From Paraphysomonas bandaiensis (lineage: Eukaryota; Protista; Chrysophyceae), in contig CBFFRP010000377.1 of assembly GCA_965644295.1 (NCBI GenBank), positions 62,001-126,000 on the forward strand: 64,000 bases of DNA, in the 5' to 3' direction. Below the pieces are notes generated by a model. That model worked only from the letters and a program-made list of their open reading frames with translations. It searched no databases and was not told where the DNA came from. Positions within the stretch are counted from its first letter, which is position 1; each line of letters begins with the position of its first letter. Below, piece by piece: positions 14,793-27,806 of the stretch. The translations under genes and the position numbers were made by a program.

Positions 14793-17020
14793 CTATCTAC
14801 TACCGAATTCTTCATCCCACGACGTATACCGAGAGATGTAGTCGGATGATACTGAGGGCTTTGTATTCTTGATCGCATCTAAGAAATCGTCCAACAAAAC
14901 CTGCATTCAAAAGTTAATGTTAGCGACTAGTCAATAGAAATACTCACCTCAGGTATATCCAATTCACCGTTCTGCTTCATTGAGTTAATTTCCTGTGGAG
15001 AGTACGTTGACAGCAGTCGACGCATTGGCATCATAGCTGCTTCCCTACAGACCAGGTGTATATCCGCTCCACTGTAACCCCCCGTATGTCTAGCCAACGT
15101 GGTTGGATTCACATCCGTCCCAACGCGGATGGAACGCAAACATATCTCAAAGAGCTCTGCACGCGCAGCAAGGTCAGGTAAGGGGATATATATACGTTTC
15201 TCAAGTCGCCTCCGAATGGCTTCGTCTAAATCCCAAGGACAATTTGTGGTTGCCAACACCATCACGCCTGATGTTCCCTGTCCCGACGAGGCAACACCAT
15301 CCATCTGGGAAAAGAACTCCGTCTTGAGTCGGCGGGATGCCTCGTGTTCTCCTTCCGCTCCACGGGAAGACACGAGAGCATCAACCTCGTCTAAAAAAAC
15401 TATAGACGGCGCGCAAATCCGGGCTGCTTCGAAGAGACATTTAACAATTTTCTCGCTCTCTCCCCTATACTTCGATATGAGGGAGGCAGCAGAGCAGCAG
15501 AAAAACGTCGAATTATTCATGTCTGCCACAGCCTTGGCCAACATTGTCTTTCCCGTGCCAGGGGGACCAAACAGTAAGACGCCCTACACAGCATTATATC
15601 ATAGTAAAAGATCACAATGCTTCGTACCTTCCAGGGCTCTCTAATGCCTGTAAAAAATTCGGGCATCATCAGTGGCAGTACGATAGCCTCATTGAGAAGG
15701 CGTTTAGCCGTGGAGAGTGCAGCAATGTCTTCGAAAGAGACTCCGAGTCCGCGCTGAACAACGTCCCTCATAACCATTTCTACCACCCCTAAAACAAGCA
15801 ACTTCTGTATCAATATATAGGACGTAAAAGCATTAATGAGCAGATATTGAAGTACAGAATTTGATTAGAAGCCGAAATTACTGACCTCTGTCGTGACGCT
15901 CCCGTAAACTTGAGGCACATTGTACAAGCCGCGGGTCCTCATTACCATGAGCCCCTGCTGCCGCAGAGTTTCTTGGTATCGGCGACGAAGATGCAGTTGC
16001 AGACGCGCTAGCCACAGACGCGGTGGGTCGATTAAGACTCTCTCGCAGAGACACAGGGCGTTTTCTCCCCCCTGATTGCTTCTCGTCTTGCCCGGAGGCG
16101 CCCCGAAGACGCCATCCCTTGACGGCAAACTTAGAGCCCTGCTATACGTCAGAACTCGCATACTATAATACAAAAAATAATACCTTAGCGAGAAGTCCGA
16201 GCATCCCGCTCAGTGTTCCGCCTTCTGCCAAGCGGACCGAGGTAAAGACCGGTGACCCATCGACATCCACCGAGACGGAGTTTCCGCGAATTTGAATAAG
16301 AATAGGGTAAAAGAAATTAGGACGTAGCTCGGCCTCAGCAGCTGAGAGTACAGTACAATCTGGTCCCATCACTCTAGAAAGTTGCCACCGTTGTGCTCGG
16401 ACGTCACACTCCAGTGATAAGTAGTCCGTCGCCGACTTGAAAGCGAAGATCACCTCGAAGCTCTGTTGACTGGGGGTGTTTTTGGCCTTGACGGCCTTCG
16501 CCGAAACAGATAAATCAAACTGAGGAGAATCAGAATCACAAGCACCGGCCCCAAGCACTGTCCGGGGCTCGTAAACACACATGAAAAGCTGACCAAGAGA
16601 GCTCTCGATCATATTATGCAGTCCGCACCTGTTATAACTCCCTGTGCCTGTGGGTGTTACCTGATACCACCCCTCTCCCACTGACATCCAATCCGCACGA
16701 GAGAGAAACAGAGGACTTGAACTACCGCAATCGGTGACATGTGACCGTTTCTTGGATTGAATCTGTCTCCTATTATCAGGATTATTCTCAGCTCTCTGTT
16801 GATCTGTAGCGGAGTGACGGCGACTGCTCGGGCGACCAAATCTTGAACCAGAGAATGTACCGGAATTGGCTGGAGCTATCCCCTCCCTCGACAGAGTGTT
16901 GGATCGTGCTGGAAGGGGGTTGGGGCGTGAGGGAGGAACACGGGAAGGAATAGAGCGTGTGCTGGAGGTTGATTTGAATGACTCGAATATAGCCGCCTGT
17001 AAATTACGATCTGTGTCCAT
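14793..17020 (-). CDS. Katanin p60-like AAA ATPase with an atypical N-terminal beta-sandwich domain
   Basis: [73 protein letters not shown]-terminal WDEEFGS; 4 introns. Confidence 0.9.
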
Positions 17021-17555
17021 GACGATCTTCAGGGGTCACTCACTTCACTGGCTAAGATATAAACACACGCACAATGAGGTATACTTATACTACACTACAC
17101 GGCTATATACTATACTACTGCTATACTACTGCTATATTTCCTTTCGCTTAATGCAGCATTGCGAACACTTCGCCCTCATTCTCTTTCTTCTTCTCACTGC
17201 AGTGTATGTCTATACGGTATACCTACACATACATACATGGGACGGGTACTCATAGCTGTGGTACCATACCATACCTAACTGCCAATCTGCTGCTCCTGCT
17301 GTCATTACAAAACTAACAGACAAAAAACAACAATTACAGTATGAAAAATACACCACTGTACAGACTGTATTCTATGTTCTACTGTACATGGAGTACGTGT
17401 GTAGACTGCTGAGTGGATATATACATAGCAGTGTGTATCTTGTGTGTGTATGCATGTACTTGTAACAGCAGGCAGGATCTGGCATACACACATGCAGAGA
17501 CATCAACGTATCTTGTCCACTCTTCCATACGATATCCTCACACCTCACAGCTCAT

Positions 17556-20500
17556 ATGAATCTTGATAATGAAGCCGCTGCAGCTTTCGTCTCATCAGCA
17601 GTGCTTGTGCGGTATATGTTCATGTGTCGTGACTCGGGACCAGTGTGCCTAGAGGACACCAAGCCCCCAACAGTCACATGGTTAACCCCATCTGCTTTTT
17701 CATGTCTGACAGCCATATGTGATGCATTTGTTCCGTCTATCGACCCGGATGATATAACTGGAGAGGATATAAGAAAGGCATTGAGAGATGTGTTCCCGGA
17801 TGGGGTGTCCCCTAATGGGGTTATCGACACCAAAACTATCTCTGATAATCGTGATTTATTTTGTGCTGGTGCTCGGAGTATGGGCACGCATATTCGAGTC
17901 GCCGAAGCTTTTCAAGAATTTGTCCCTCTGGTAGACCAGAGAAACACAGCTGCAGTACTCAGTATGCTGGCTACCTCGATGGGGTGTTTTACACTCACAG
18001 GATTCGCGGTGCCGTTTCAGAACATGTCCTTAAAAAATAGAACTCAGGCTCTAAAAGGACTTCGGGACTCAATATTTCAACCTTTAAGGGCCCTGTATCA
18101 GGTGTTAAATTCTTTGTTCCCAGCTAACCGTGAATAAAATCTCGCTAGGCACTACGCCGTGTTACACATGTAATATATATCTCGTACTGTGAGAGAGGTA
18201 ATAGCTCTGAGAGTGTTTCACTATGTTTATAATTTACTTCAGGCACGATAAATCCCCTTTGGAAACACATGCGCTATGATCCCCGCGTCGTCAGTTCATT
18301 GGCGTCCCGTTTACCCACAGAAAGTTTGACTCCCAGTCTATCACTCCCGATGCCTCCACCGAGGACAACTATAGGGCCGTGGGTACTAAATGCCGACGTA
18401 GTGGTTGTAGGAAGTGGGGCTGGTGGTGGAGTAATGGCAGCGGAACTCGTCAAGGCAGGACTACGAGTAATAGTTTTGGAGAAGGGTGGTAAGTGGATTA
18501 TGCCGTGGAGATGTTTTTAAATCTTGCAGGCTACTATCGCGCTGACACTTTCAGAGAGTGGACAGAGGTATGACTATTTGTTGTTTCTAGCATGGTACTG
18601 ATGAAATTAATGCCAGTACGAGGCGATTAATTCAGTATTCGAAAATGGAGGCCTGTTAGCCACTTCTGACGGTATGTCTGTGATCGTTTCCCTCATGGTG
18701 ATGTGAAATGATGTACAGGCCACATTCCGATTTTCGCTGGTTCGTGCGTCGGTGGAGGAACTACGATTAACTGGTCGGCATCGTTTGATCTTCCTGAAGT
18801 ATTCATTTTGTTTATTCTTGAAATCGTATGCTTTAATTCTTTTCATTTAGGCTGTGCGCAAGGACTGGGTCTCATTGGGACTTAATGCATTCAAGGAGGG
18901 AGGGGCTTTCGACAAAGCACTGCGAGAAGTAAAGCGCATGGTGGGAGTCAACACGAGGTTTTCGTTAGAATATACCGGGTTGTTGGCTTAATAACATCAC
19001 AGGTTTTCACACCGCAACTCTGGATCGGCCTCCAAAGACACTGATGCAGATTTCATTGTTAACAATAATAACGAAGCTCTATGGCGGGTGCGTGTAGTTC
19101 TTATATCATTGATGCAATTGACTTCTTATAGGGCGCTGAATCTCTAGGGTTTTGCCCTGAGAGGGTGCCCAGAAATGTCAAGGGTGAGTAGATTACGTTA
19201 ACTCTGTGGTATAATGTATGTCTTATATGACAGAGTGCGTTGATTGTGGGAACTGTGCATTCGGCTGTCCCTTCGGTTCTAAGCAGTCAACTGTACAAGC
19301 CCTTTTAGGTACTCGAATAATTGAATTGCTACAATTACAGCTATGACATTGTTATAGAGCCGCTTCAAGCTGAAAATGAAGGAAAATTGCTGCAGATTCT
19401 ACAGAGATGTAATGTGCGTAAAATAATAATGAGAAACGGACGTGCTGTTGGAGTCGAAGCAATTTTGTCAGGTGAAATGTCGTGATAGCATATTATTAAC
19501 TGCAAGAATATATGCTAACTTTTAGCAGAATTTGATGAAAACCAGGCTCCTGGATCGCAACGAGCTAGTTTTACAAGGTGTGATACAGTTTTTGTTTATG
19601 TTTCACTGACTCCCAGACAGACAGCTGGTGGTCAATGCAAGCATTGTAGTTGCGTCTTGTGGATCTATTCACACTCCAGGTGCTACATATTTGTCGAACT
19701 ATCAAGATTTTATTTGTGTTGTGCAGCACTGCTGATGCGTTCCGGTGTGAAGCATCCACTTGTGGGAAGATATTTGTCTCTGCATCCTGTTGCTGGTGCA
19801 TTGTTATCTTCGTCTTATGTTGCCACTAATGTGTGTGCGTAGCTGTTGGTGGTATATCAAGTTCATCCAATTCCACTGGTCTAAATAGAGGTGTCTGATG
19901 TCATTTCTGCATGCCACGGCTTAATATGTAGCACAGGAGTTGGCATGGGAGTGGTGGTAAAAGGCATAGAGATGGAGCGCGAAAACGATCGCGGGTGGGG
20001 TCTAGGTGTTGAAACCCCCCCATTCCATATGGTCTGTGTCTTCCAACATAGAAGTGTCTGTATGTCTTTAACGTGTAATTCATAGGGAATATTTGGATCC
20101 ACAATTCCTTGGCATAATGGGCTGCAGTATAAATTATCACTTCTGAACTATTCTCAGCAGCAAATATTTATTGGTGAGCGCAATATTATACAATGCGTTT
20201 AACTTATAGATTTATGCATACAGCCATATCTCGTGACAGATCCAGTGAGGACAATCGCATCACTATAAATGAGGTGCGTATACAGCTATAGTTTTGTGAT
20301 CTAAACCCATCAATATTATAGGATGGTGAGCCTGTTATTGAGTATACGCTGACTAAACAGGATGAAGAGAATGTCATTTTTGGGCAGGTGGGTAGAAATA
20401 TATTCCATGAGATAAGCTAATTTTTATTCTGTAGATTCAGCAACTTCGACTAATGCGTGCTTCTGGTGTAAAAGCACTGTGGCCAATACATGAAAACTTT

Positions 20501-21005
20501 CCAGCATTTGTCCCGTCGCAGCAACGAAATGGGAGTGACGACTTTGAGAAATATCTGGACACCGTGAGACGCGCTGGAATTGTAACCAACAGGACTCTGG
20601 TAATGTGGTTGCGTATTTAACAGTGACCACCTAATTGATGTTTTCCAGATATTTTCTGCACATCAGATGGGGAGCTGCAGGATGGCCGCAACAAGGAAAG
20701 ATGGTATGTTTTGGAAGTTATACATGTCAGAAGTTAAAATATTATAAGGGCCTGTCAATCCTGAGGGAGAGTGCTGGGATTGCCAAAATCTTTATGTTGC
20801 CGACGGCTCTGTGTTTCCTACATCACTTGGCATAAACCCTATGATTACAATTGAGTCTATATCATATATGATATCCCAGAATATCATTCAAAGACTCAAG
20901 GTGAGTATTATAAGCGCTGTGGAAGGTTCCTCACCATTATTGTTGCGTTTTTTGTAGTCAAATACATCAGCAAGGGGCGATTGTAAACTGTCAGATTCAT
21001 GGTAG
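17556..21005 (+). CDS. Long-chain fatty alcohol oxidase (GMC oxidoreductase)
   Basis: DVVVVGSGAGGGV, AGSCVGGGTTINW, CVDCGNCAFGC, SAHQMGSCRM, NLYVADGSVFPTSLGINPMITI; ~22 short GT-AG introns. Confidence 0.9.
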
Positions 21006-21593
21006 ATCTTCTCTGCCACTGCCGATTCGGTGTATTATTCGCAAATTACGTTCATAACTGTTGCCAGTTTATACCTCAAAGTATGAATATGATTTAATAC
21101 CGCAATGCGAAAGATAAAAATCGTGATTAACTTAATGTAATCTTTCTCGTGCGTCCATTTAATACGTATTCTAGATACAAGTGTATCGCTAATTACATCT
21201 ACTAGTTATATTGGGATATAATCCTTTTCTCTTTGGTCTGACATCACGTAGTATTATATCCCGGTAATGTTTTAAGATTAAAGGATAGTTACGTAGCTAT
21301 CCGACCATTTTATTCATTACTTCGTAATATGTGCGATGATAAGTATGCGCGGGCAGAAATTAAGAACGAACACAATATAGGATTTATATTTTATTTATCT
21401 TCTTTGTAAAAGCATCACAGCAGATACGAGCGTACGATAGATATTCGGAACATCGGAACACATAAAGGTAGCACCTAAACCTTTAAAATATATATACACG
21501 GTTTTCTTCTCGCAACTTTATATACAGTTATATTCGGCATACAACACTTTGTGCCCTAATATAACACTCTACAAACAGTAATCCTTGTGGAAA

Positions 21594-23201
21594 TTAAGAA
21601 TACTCTTGGTAATACCAAGTGACATCTCCAGTATCTCTATGCCACCTAGATGACACGATGTCAACAGTGGTCAGCATAAATACACGAACCATGAAACTTA
21701 CCAAAACAAATCCTCCATTGCATGTTCCTGAGCACACAAAACCCACCCATTGGACTCCTCAATAATGTCCTCCCAGTCGACCGGTTCTTGCCAAGTCGAG
21801 TGTCCGGTCACACTATTGAAATAAAACACCACATCAACTGTGCCATCGCTATCTGATGCATCCGTAGTGCTCTGTACCATGACCCACGCTCGCGTAACCA
21901 GCTGTGGAGGGCGCATCCAATATGGCTGTGTGCCATTGGAGTCGTAGGGTGCAAGCCCCAGCGTGACTGCAGTTTCATCTTGACCAACAGGAAGGTATAA
22001 TTCCACAAGACCACTCAGAGCGTGCATCCACGTGCAAGAGTTGCATGTGTCATCGAAGAAAGGCATCCAACCCTGTTGTATCAAATCTCGCATACTGTAC
22101 GGCCAGTCCTCGGGTGTTTCAGACCCACCATCATCAGGCCAAGTCCACACGCCAAATTGCTGCTGCTGCGAATAAAGATGATCGTCTAACTCCCAGGGCT
22201 CACTCCATGCAGCAGTGGTATCCACAACAAAGTACCCGTCATGCTTGCCAACCCATTCTCCTCCCTCTCCATCAGAGGGGTCAATCAAGTCGGCGTTATA
22301 AGCCAACACAACGGAGAGCCACGAACGAGAAGCATCAAGTATAAGTTGGCTATCGGTGTGGGACATAACCTCCCTGATGTGCTCTGTTGGGTACTCTGCG
22401 GACCGTAGCTCGCTCCATCCAACTTTTTGACCTTCATCCCCACCATCATTATCGTTGTCATCATCCAATTCCAGTTCCAATCCCTTAAACGCATTTTCAA
22501 AAAATCGCTCCCAGACAGCCATAATTCGTTCCATATCTGGTGGACTACCATTCCCTTTCTTGGCACTACGTAAGGCCCCGGTACGCTTGCCATCGATTAG
22601 GTCGACTATTTCGTGGTGCTTTAAGGTTTGTGCCAGATATCGAGGAGAGTGCCCAGCAGAATTTGTTACGGTCAGAGAAGCGCCATGGCGAATCAAGATA
22701 TCTACGACTTCCACATTATTGGACATAATCGCCAAATGTAGGGGTGTATTGCCCTTGAAGTCTTTTACTTTTAAAGCCCGCTCTCCTCCTAAAACTAATG
22801 CATACACACAAAGTAGTGATTTCTCTCCGCGTTTTCCTGCAGCCTTGTGCAGAGCTGTCAGGCCTCTTTGATCAATCTGAAATAATTAGTCAAAACAATG
22901 ACAATTTCATATTTTACTTTACCTCATATGGAGAAAATCCGGCGGACAGTAATAATTCGATGGATTCGAGTGATGAATACTTAGCTGCTATATGCAGAGG
23001 GAGCTGAGATATCAAGTCGCCGCCTCGAATCAGTAATTCCAATGAGTCGATTTCATCATTCTTGATAGAGTTAATAACGAGAGTGCGGTACTCCTCAGAG
23101 TGATCACTGAAGTAACCACTTCGACACTTTTTTTCAAGAGAATCGAAACTATCGGCTGCAATAGATGTGAACTGATGACCCACTGGAGCCCCATTCCCCA
23201 T
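21594..23201 (-). CDS. Ankyrin-repeat protein with C-terminal WW-like domains
   Basis: LPLHIAAKY and GNTPLHLAIMSNNVEVVDILIRHGA ankyrin repeats; FYFNSVTGHSTWQEP and FWWHRDTGDVTW WW-like motifs; two introns. Confidence 0.8.
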
Positions 23202-23661
23202 AACTGCTGCTGCTACTGCCTCTCTACTCTCTTATTACACACGTACACGTACAGGAGGATACGAGGGGGACAATGAGACTCATATCAGAGCACTCACTCT
23301 CACTGTTAGAAGGTGTATGGAGGGCCGGACTAGAGTAGATCTCATGGGTTACATATCGGAGGAGTGGGACATGCCACAGTCTGCAGCTGCACCATGTTGC
23401 ATATATATATATACGTATCGAAGGTACGTTATGGCTGTGTCCACATCGACGGTACTGATGTACTGCTGTACCGCTCCACTGACTGTACTTGTGTACTCTC
23501 CACTTCTACTCTGTACTCCTGTACTCCTGTACCTCGGTACCCTCTCCATCATCATCTATACAGAGGTGTGTTCAGTGTGATGTATCCAGCAGAAGTCAAC
23601 ATATCCAATCAACGCATATCGATATCATATACATGCATTCTTACGGTGTGTATTGCATAGT

Positions 23662-24615
23662 ATGCACCGCCTCCTTCTCTCTCTGTTGATCTGCATTTGC
23701 TTTCTCTCTCATGGCGTTGTAATTGATAACCGTTCCCTCTCTATAGGCATGAGCGCTCTGCATCTCAGAGCTGCCAAACCAGCCAACCTATTGCAATCTA
23801 TGAACAAGACAAGGACTCACGTTTATGTCATACATGGTACAAGTGAGTTGAGATGGAACAATGTGAGGAATTTCACGGACCAAATGGGGCTCACGGGGAG
23901 AGGCTACAGCTATGTAGATTTCGTTCCAGCGGTAAGGCTCTCCGGTCAGATTCCTATGAATACTTTCGTTTCTTCTGGACTTCTGAGCCCACAGTGGAAT
24001 GCGGCGTCAGTTAGACAGAAGGTCACTCATGGCCGTTTGGCGTGTCAACTCAGTTTAGTGTCAACGTTGGAGAGATTCTTGAATTCATCCTACACGAATG
24101 CTATCGTGTTTGAAGACGATGTGAAGGTGACAGATGGCTTATCTGTGTCTGAGGCATACAACCTTCTTGCACATATTCTTTACCCAAAGTTGACATCGTG
24201 GGATATCATCTACCTGGGCTACTGCTTTACTTGCGATGATATTACTTCTGCTGTGTCGCGTAGGCGGAGAGTGCCGTGGCTGACTCGTGGGACTGGCCCT
24301 CTCTGCACCCATGCCCTGATATTTACTCGACTAGCCGCACGCATATTTTTAGATCATTGGCGTCCACTGAAAGTTCCAGGAGATGTCAGACTCGCTGAAA
24401 TAATATGTCAAACCGGCATGAGGGTCCTTCGCCCTATTCTTCCGATATTCGACCAAAATAGAATGCTCTCCCGATCTCAGACCGGAAATGCAAATCATGA
24501 GCTTGTAGCATTTCGATCTGCTGACACTTGTGAAAAGTACCGAGCAGTGTGCCGCCGTGCGTATAGCTCTCGCCTAGCCCATACCTATGGCCTCAATAAT
24601 GGTGAGGTCGGTTGA
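23662..24615 (+). CDS. Glycosyltransferase family 25 protein with signal peptide/anchor
   Basis: Hydrophobic N-terminus; ACQLS, IVFEDDV, WDIIYLGYC, CTHALIF motifs. A terminal intron may move the stop to ~24657. Confidence 0.75.
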   Translation: MHRLLLSLLICICFLSHGVVIDNRSLSIGMSALHLRAAKPANLLQSMNKTRTHVYVIHGTSELRWNNVRNFTDQMGLTGRGYSYVDFVPAVRLSGQIPMNTFVSSGLLSPQWNAASVRQKVTHGRLACQLSLVSTLERFLNSSYTNAIVFEDDVKVTDGLSVSEAYNLLAHILYPKLTSWDIIYLGYCFTCDDITSAVSRRRRVPWLTRGTGPLCTHALIFTRLAARIFLDHWRPLKVPGDVRLAEIICQTGMRVLRPILPIFDQNRMLSRSQTGNANHELVAFRSADTCEKYRAVCRRAYSSRLAHTYGLNNGEVG

Positions 24616-25347
24616 GCAACGGTATGATTTGGAAAGTTGTTTTTTCAGTTGCATAGGTAGACGAGCGGCGTTATTGTGATGTGTCAGTCGTATAAACGGA
24701 CGGTGTACCTCGTCGAAAAACAGTTCTGGGTGTAACTGTTTAGTAGCATGAATATTCGGCACGATGATATTTGAGCTGACCCAGGCGGTAAAGGTGGTCA
24801 CTTTACGTGTTACATCGTATCTGCGCTCGTGCTTAGATTAGTTGACTTCTGTATCCTATCAGGGACATTTTGTTCGAAAACAATCAATAGTACTGCCCTG
24901 GTTTTACAGTTAAGTAGATAAGCATATAAAGTTAAGTAAATTCTGTCCAGGCGATCCATAGTATTAGCCGCCATAACACTATGACATAAAATACAACATT
25001 GCCATGTCAAAGGTGACAATACTGTGTTATCGCATGTAGTACACCACAATTTGTAAGCAAGCAGGTAAAAAACAACATCTATATTGATATAGGTCAGTGA
25101 ACAGTGAACCACCTGTAAGTGTACCACTAGAAACCAATCTTATAATGATAATCAATAAGCGTATATATTCGTAAAAAGAAAAAAAATATCAAAGAACATT
25201 AAGGATAAGAAAATCTTCTTGTTACTTATTTCAAAATTAATGAGTAGATTAAAGTGTTCTATGTAAACAATAATGCCCACATATCATATACTCACTTGCA
25301 CATTATAACAAGACAGTAATGTATTTATATATATTAGTATGACATGT

Positions 25348-26022
25348 TTAGATGGAGCTGGGATTGCTTGCTATGGCAGCATGAGCATCCTGGATTTCTG
25401 GAAGATTTCCAATCCGCTCGCGATAGGACAACACCACGGGAAACTTTGATAAGTCAATGTTGATGTAGGAACTCCATGTGAGAGCAATGTACAAGTACAG
25501 GTCAGCGACGCTCAGTTTGTCTCCAACGAGGAAAGACTTGTTGCCAATTAGGTGATCGTTCATATACTTCAGCTTCCTGTCTGCAGCAGCATGAATATAG
25601 TCACGAACAGTAGAATCCAAGTTGGGATTGAACAAGTGGCCAATTGTCATGTGATACTCTGTACCCACGTAGCTGAGGGCTTGTTGGACCAAGCTCCTCT
25701 CAACAGTACCAACCGGCGGTGCAATAATATTATTATCACCCTGTCAATAAATATAAACAACATCTCATTGCAAAGTTAAAATACCACTTACCAAGTCTGC
25801 AATGTACTGCAGAGTGGCAGCGTTCTCGTTCAGAATGGTACCATCATCAAGAACAAGGCAAGGAACGTTCCCTTTCGGATTGATTGAGTAGAAATCTTTA
25901 CCAGATGCTGTCGTGTGGGTTGAGATATCCACCTGTTCTGTTTCTAGGTGAACACCAGCGATCTTAGCTGCAATGAAGTTAGCAGCTCCACATGAGGTCG
26001 GAGTGTAGTAAAGCTTCACCAT
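25348..26022 (-). CDS. Glutathione S-transferase, beta-class-like (copy 1), 207 aa
   Basis: MVKLYYTPTSCG...INPKGNVPCL..DG..L.E and TEYH motifs; intron 25741-25791. Confidence 0.92.
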
Positions 26023-26503
26023 TATACTTGCTGTTAGTAGTAGTTGTTGCAGTTGTTATTGTGATATTTATGAGTACCATGTCTCCGTGCAACATATCAC
26101 TCATACAGCTCACTAATCCTATCAATAAATTTCTTTTAATGTTCTTTGACTCATAGCTGTGGCTGTGAGAGTGTGCGTAGAAGTCCATACCACATTCGTC
26201 CGTCCGTGTTTTTGACTCTTGGTTGAAGCTTTTTTTGATACTTTGATTTTTTTGTATGAGAAATATGCATTGAATATGATCATATCCGGATGTGGCTAAA
26301 GATTCTAGAGTCAAAAACACGGACGGACGAATGTGGTATGGACTTCTACGCACACTCTCACAGCCACAGCTATGAGTCAAAGAACATTAAAAGAAATTTA
26401 TTGATAGGATTAGTGAGCTGTATGAGTGATATGTTGCACGGAGACATGGTACTCATAAATATCACAATAACAACTGCAACAACTACTACTAACAGCAAGT
26501 ATA

Positions 26504-27178
26504 ATGGTGAAGCTTTACTACACTCCGACCTCATGTGGAGCTGCTAACTTCATTGCAGCTAAGATCGCTGGTGTTCACCTAGAAACAGAACAGGTGGATA
26601 TCTCAACCCACACGACAGCATCTGGTAAAGATTTCTACTCAATCAATCCGAAAGGGAACGTTCCTTGCCTTGTTCTTGATGATGGTACCATTCTGAACGA
26701 GAACGCTGCCACTCTGCAGTACATTGCAGACTTGGTAAGTGGTATTTTAACTTTGCAATGAGATGTTGTTTATATTTATTGACAGGGTGATAATAATATT
26801 ATTGCACCGCCGGTTGGTACTGTTGAGAGGAGCTTGGTCCAACAAGCCCTCAGCTACGTGGGTACGGAGTATCACATGACAATTGGCCACTTGTTCAATC
26901 CCAACTTGGATTCTACTGTTCGTGACTATATTCATGCTGCTGCAGACAGGAAGCTGAAGTATATGAACGATCACCTAATTGGCAACAAGTCTTTCCTCGT
27001 TGGAGACAAACTGAGCGTCGCTGACCTGTACTTGTACATTGCTCTCACATGGAGTTCCTACATCAACATTGACTTATCAAAGTTTCCCGTGGTGTTGTCC
27101 TATCGCGAGCGGATTGGAAATCTTCCAGAAATCCAGGATGCTCATGCTGCCATAGCAAGCAATCCCAGCTCCATCTAA
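26504..27178 (+). CDS. Glutathione S-transferase, beta-class-like (copy 2), 207 aa
   Basis: Same protein as copy 1; intron 26735-26785. Confidence 0.92.
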
Positions 27179-27806
27179 ACATGTCATACTAATATATATA
27201 AATACATTACTGTCTTGTTATAATGTGCAAGTGAGTATATGATATGTGGGCATTATTGTTTACATAGAACACTTTAATCTACTCATTAATTTTGAAATAA
27301 GTAACAAGAAGATTTTCTTATCCTTAATATACTGGTGGAATGAATTCCATGCATTCATGAAAGTTGAAGTTTACATAAATCTGAAGGAATTGTTTTCTAT
27401 TTAATTGCTGTATAATAAGTACTGTTTCTCGGCATTAAATGCAAATTACATTCGATAATTTGCTTTTCTATATGCATTTGAATGTCATGATGAAACTATT
27501 TATCCATTATTAAAAGATATATATTGTAGTAGCTACGTAGCTACTATATACTATATTGAATAATATGTTTTGATATGATTGTGGCCTGTTCAATGGGATG
27601 AAATTGGAACTGTTCAATTGCTGCATGATTGCTACATCAAGTGAAATCGGAACTACGGCTACCACAACATATTGTCAGTTTGTGAGAGCAGTTTCTTCCT
27701 ACCTAAATATGCGAGCGATTACAAATCCTAAGGGAAATGTTGAATATATGAAATGAAAGTACTTCCATAAATATTTGACGCGTGTTAATAACAGAGAATA
27801 TAAAAG

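Larger units (their letters stand above)
25198..27328. repeat. Long inverted duplication: arms 25198-26219 and 26307-27328 (1022 bp each), 87-bp spacer
   Basis: The arms are reverse complements; one synonymous difference seen (25660/26866). Confidence 0.97.

Noticed and set aside
18100-20960. Introner-like transposable introns
   Set aside because: No shared sequence, TIRs or TSDs visible among the introns.
17556-21005. Fragmented ORFs as stop-codon reassignment or pseudogenes
   Set aside because: The breaks I checked are explained by canonical GT-AG introns that restore the frame.
24620-25140. Remnant of a minus-strand gene displaced by the GST duplication
   Set aside because: Acceptor-like sites are present, but I could not build a coherent frame or recognise any homology.
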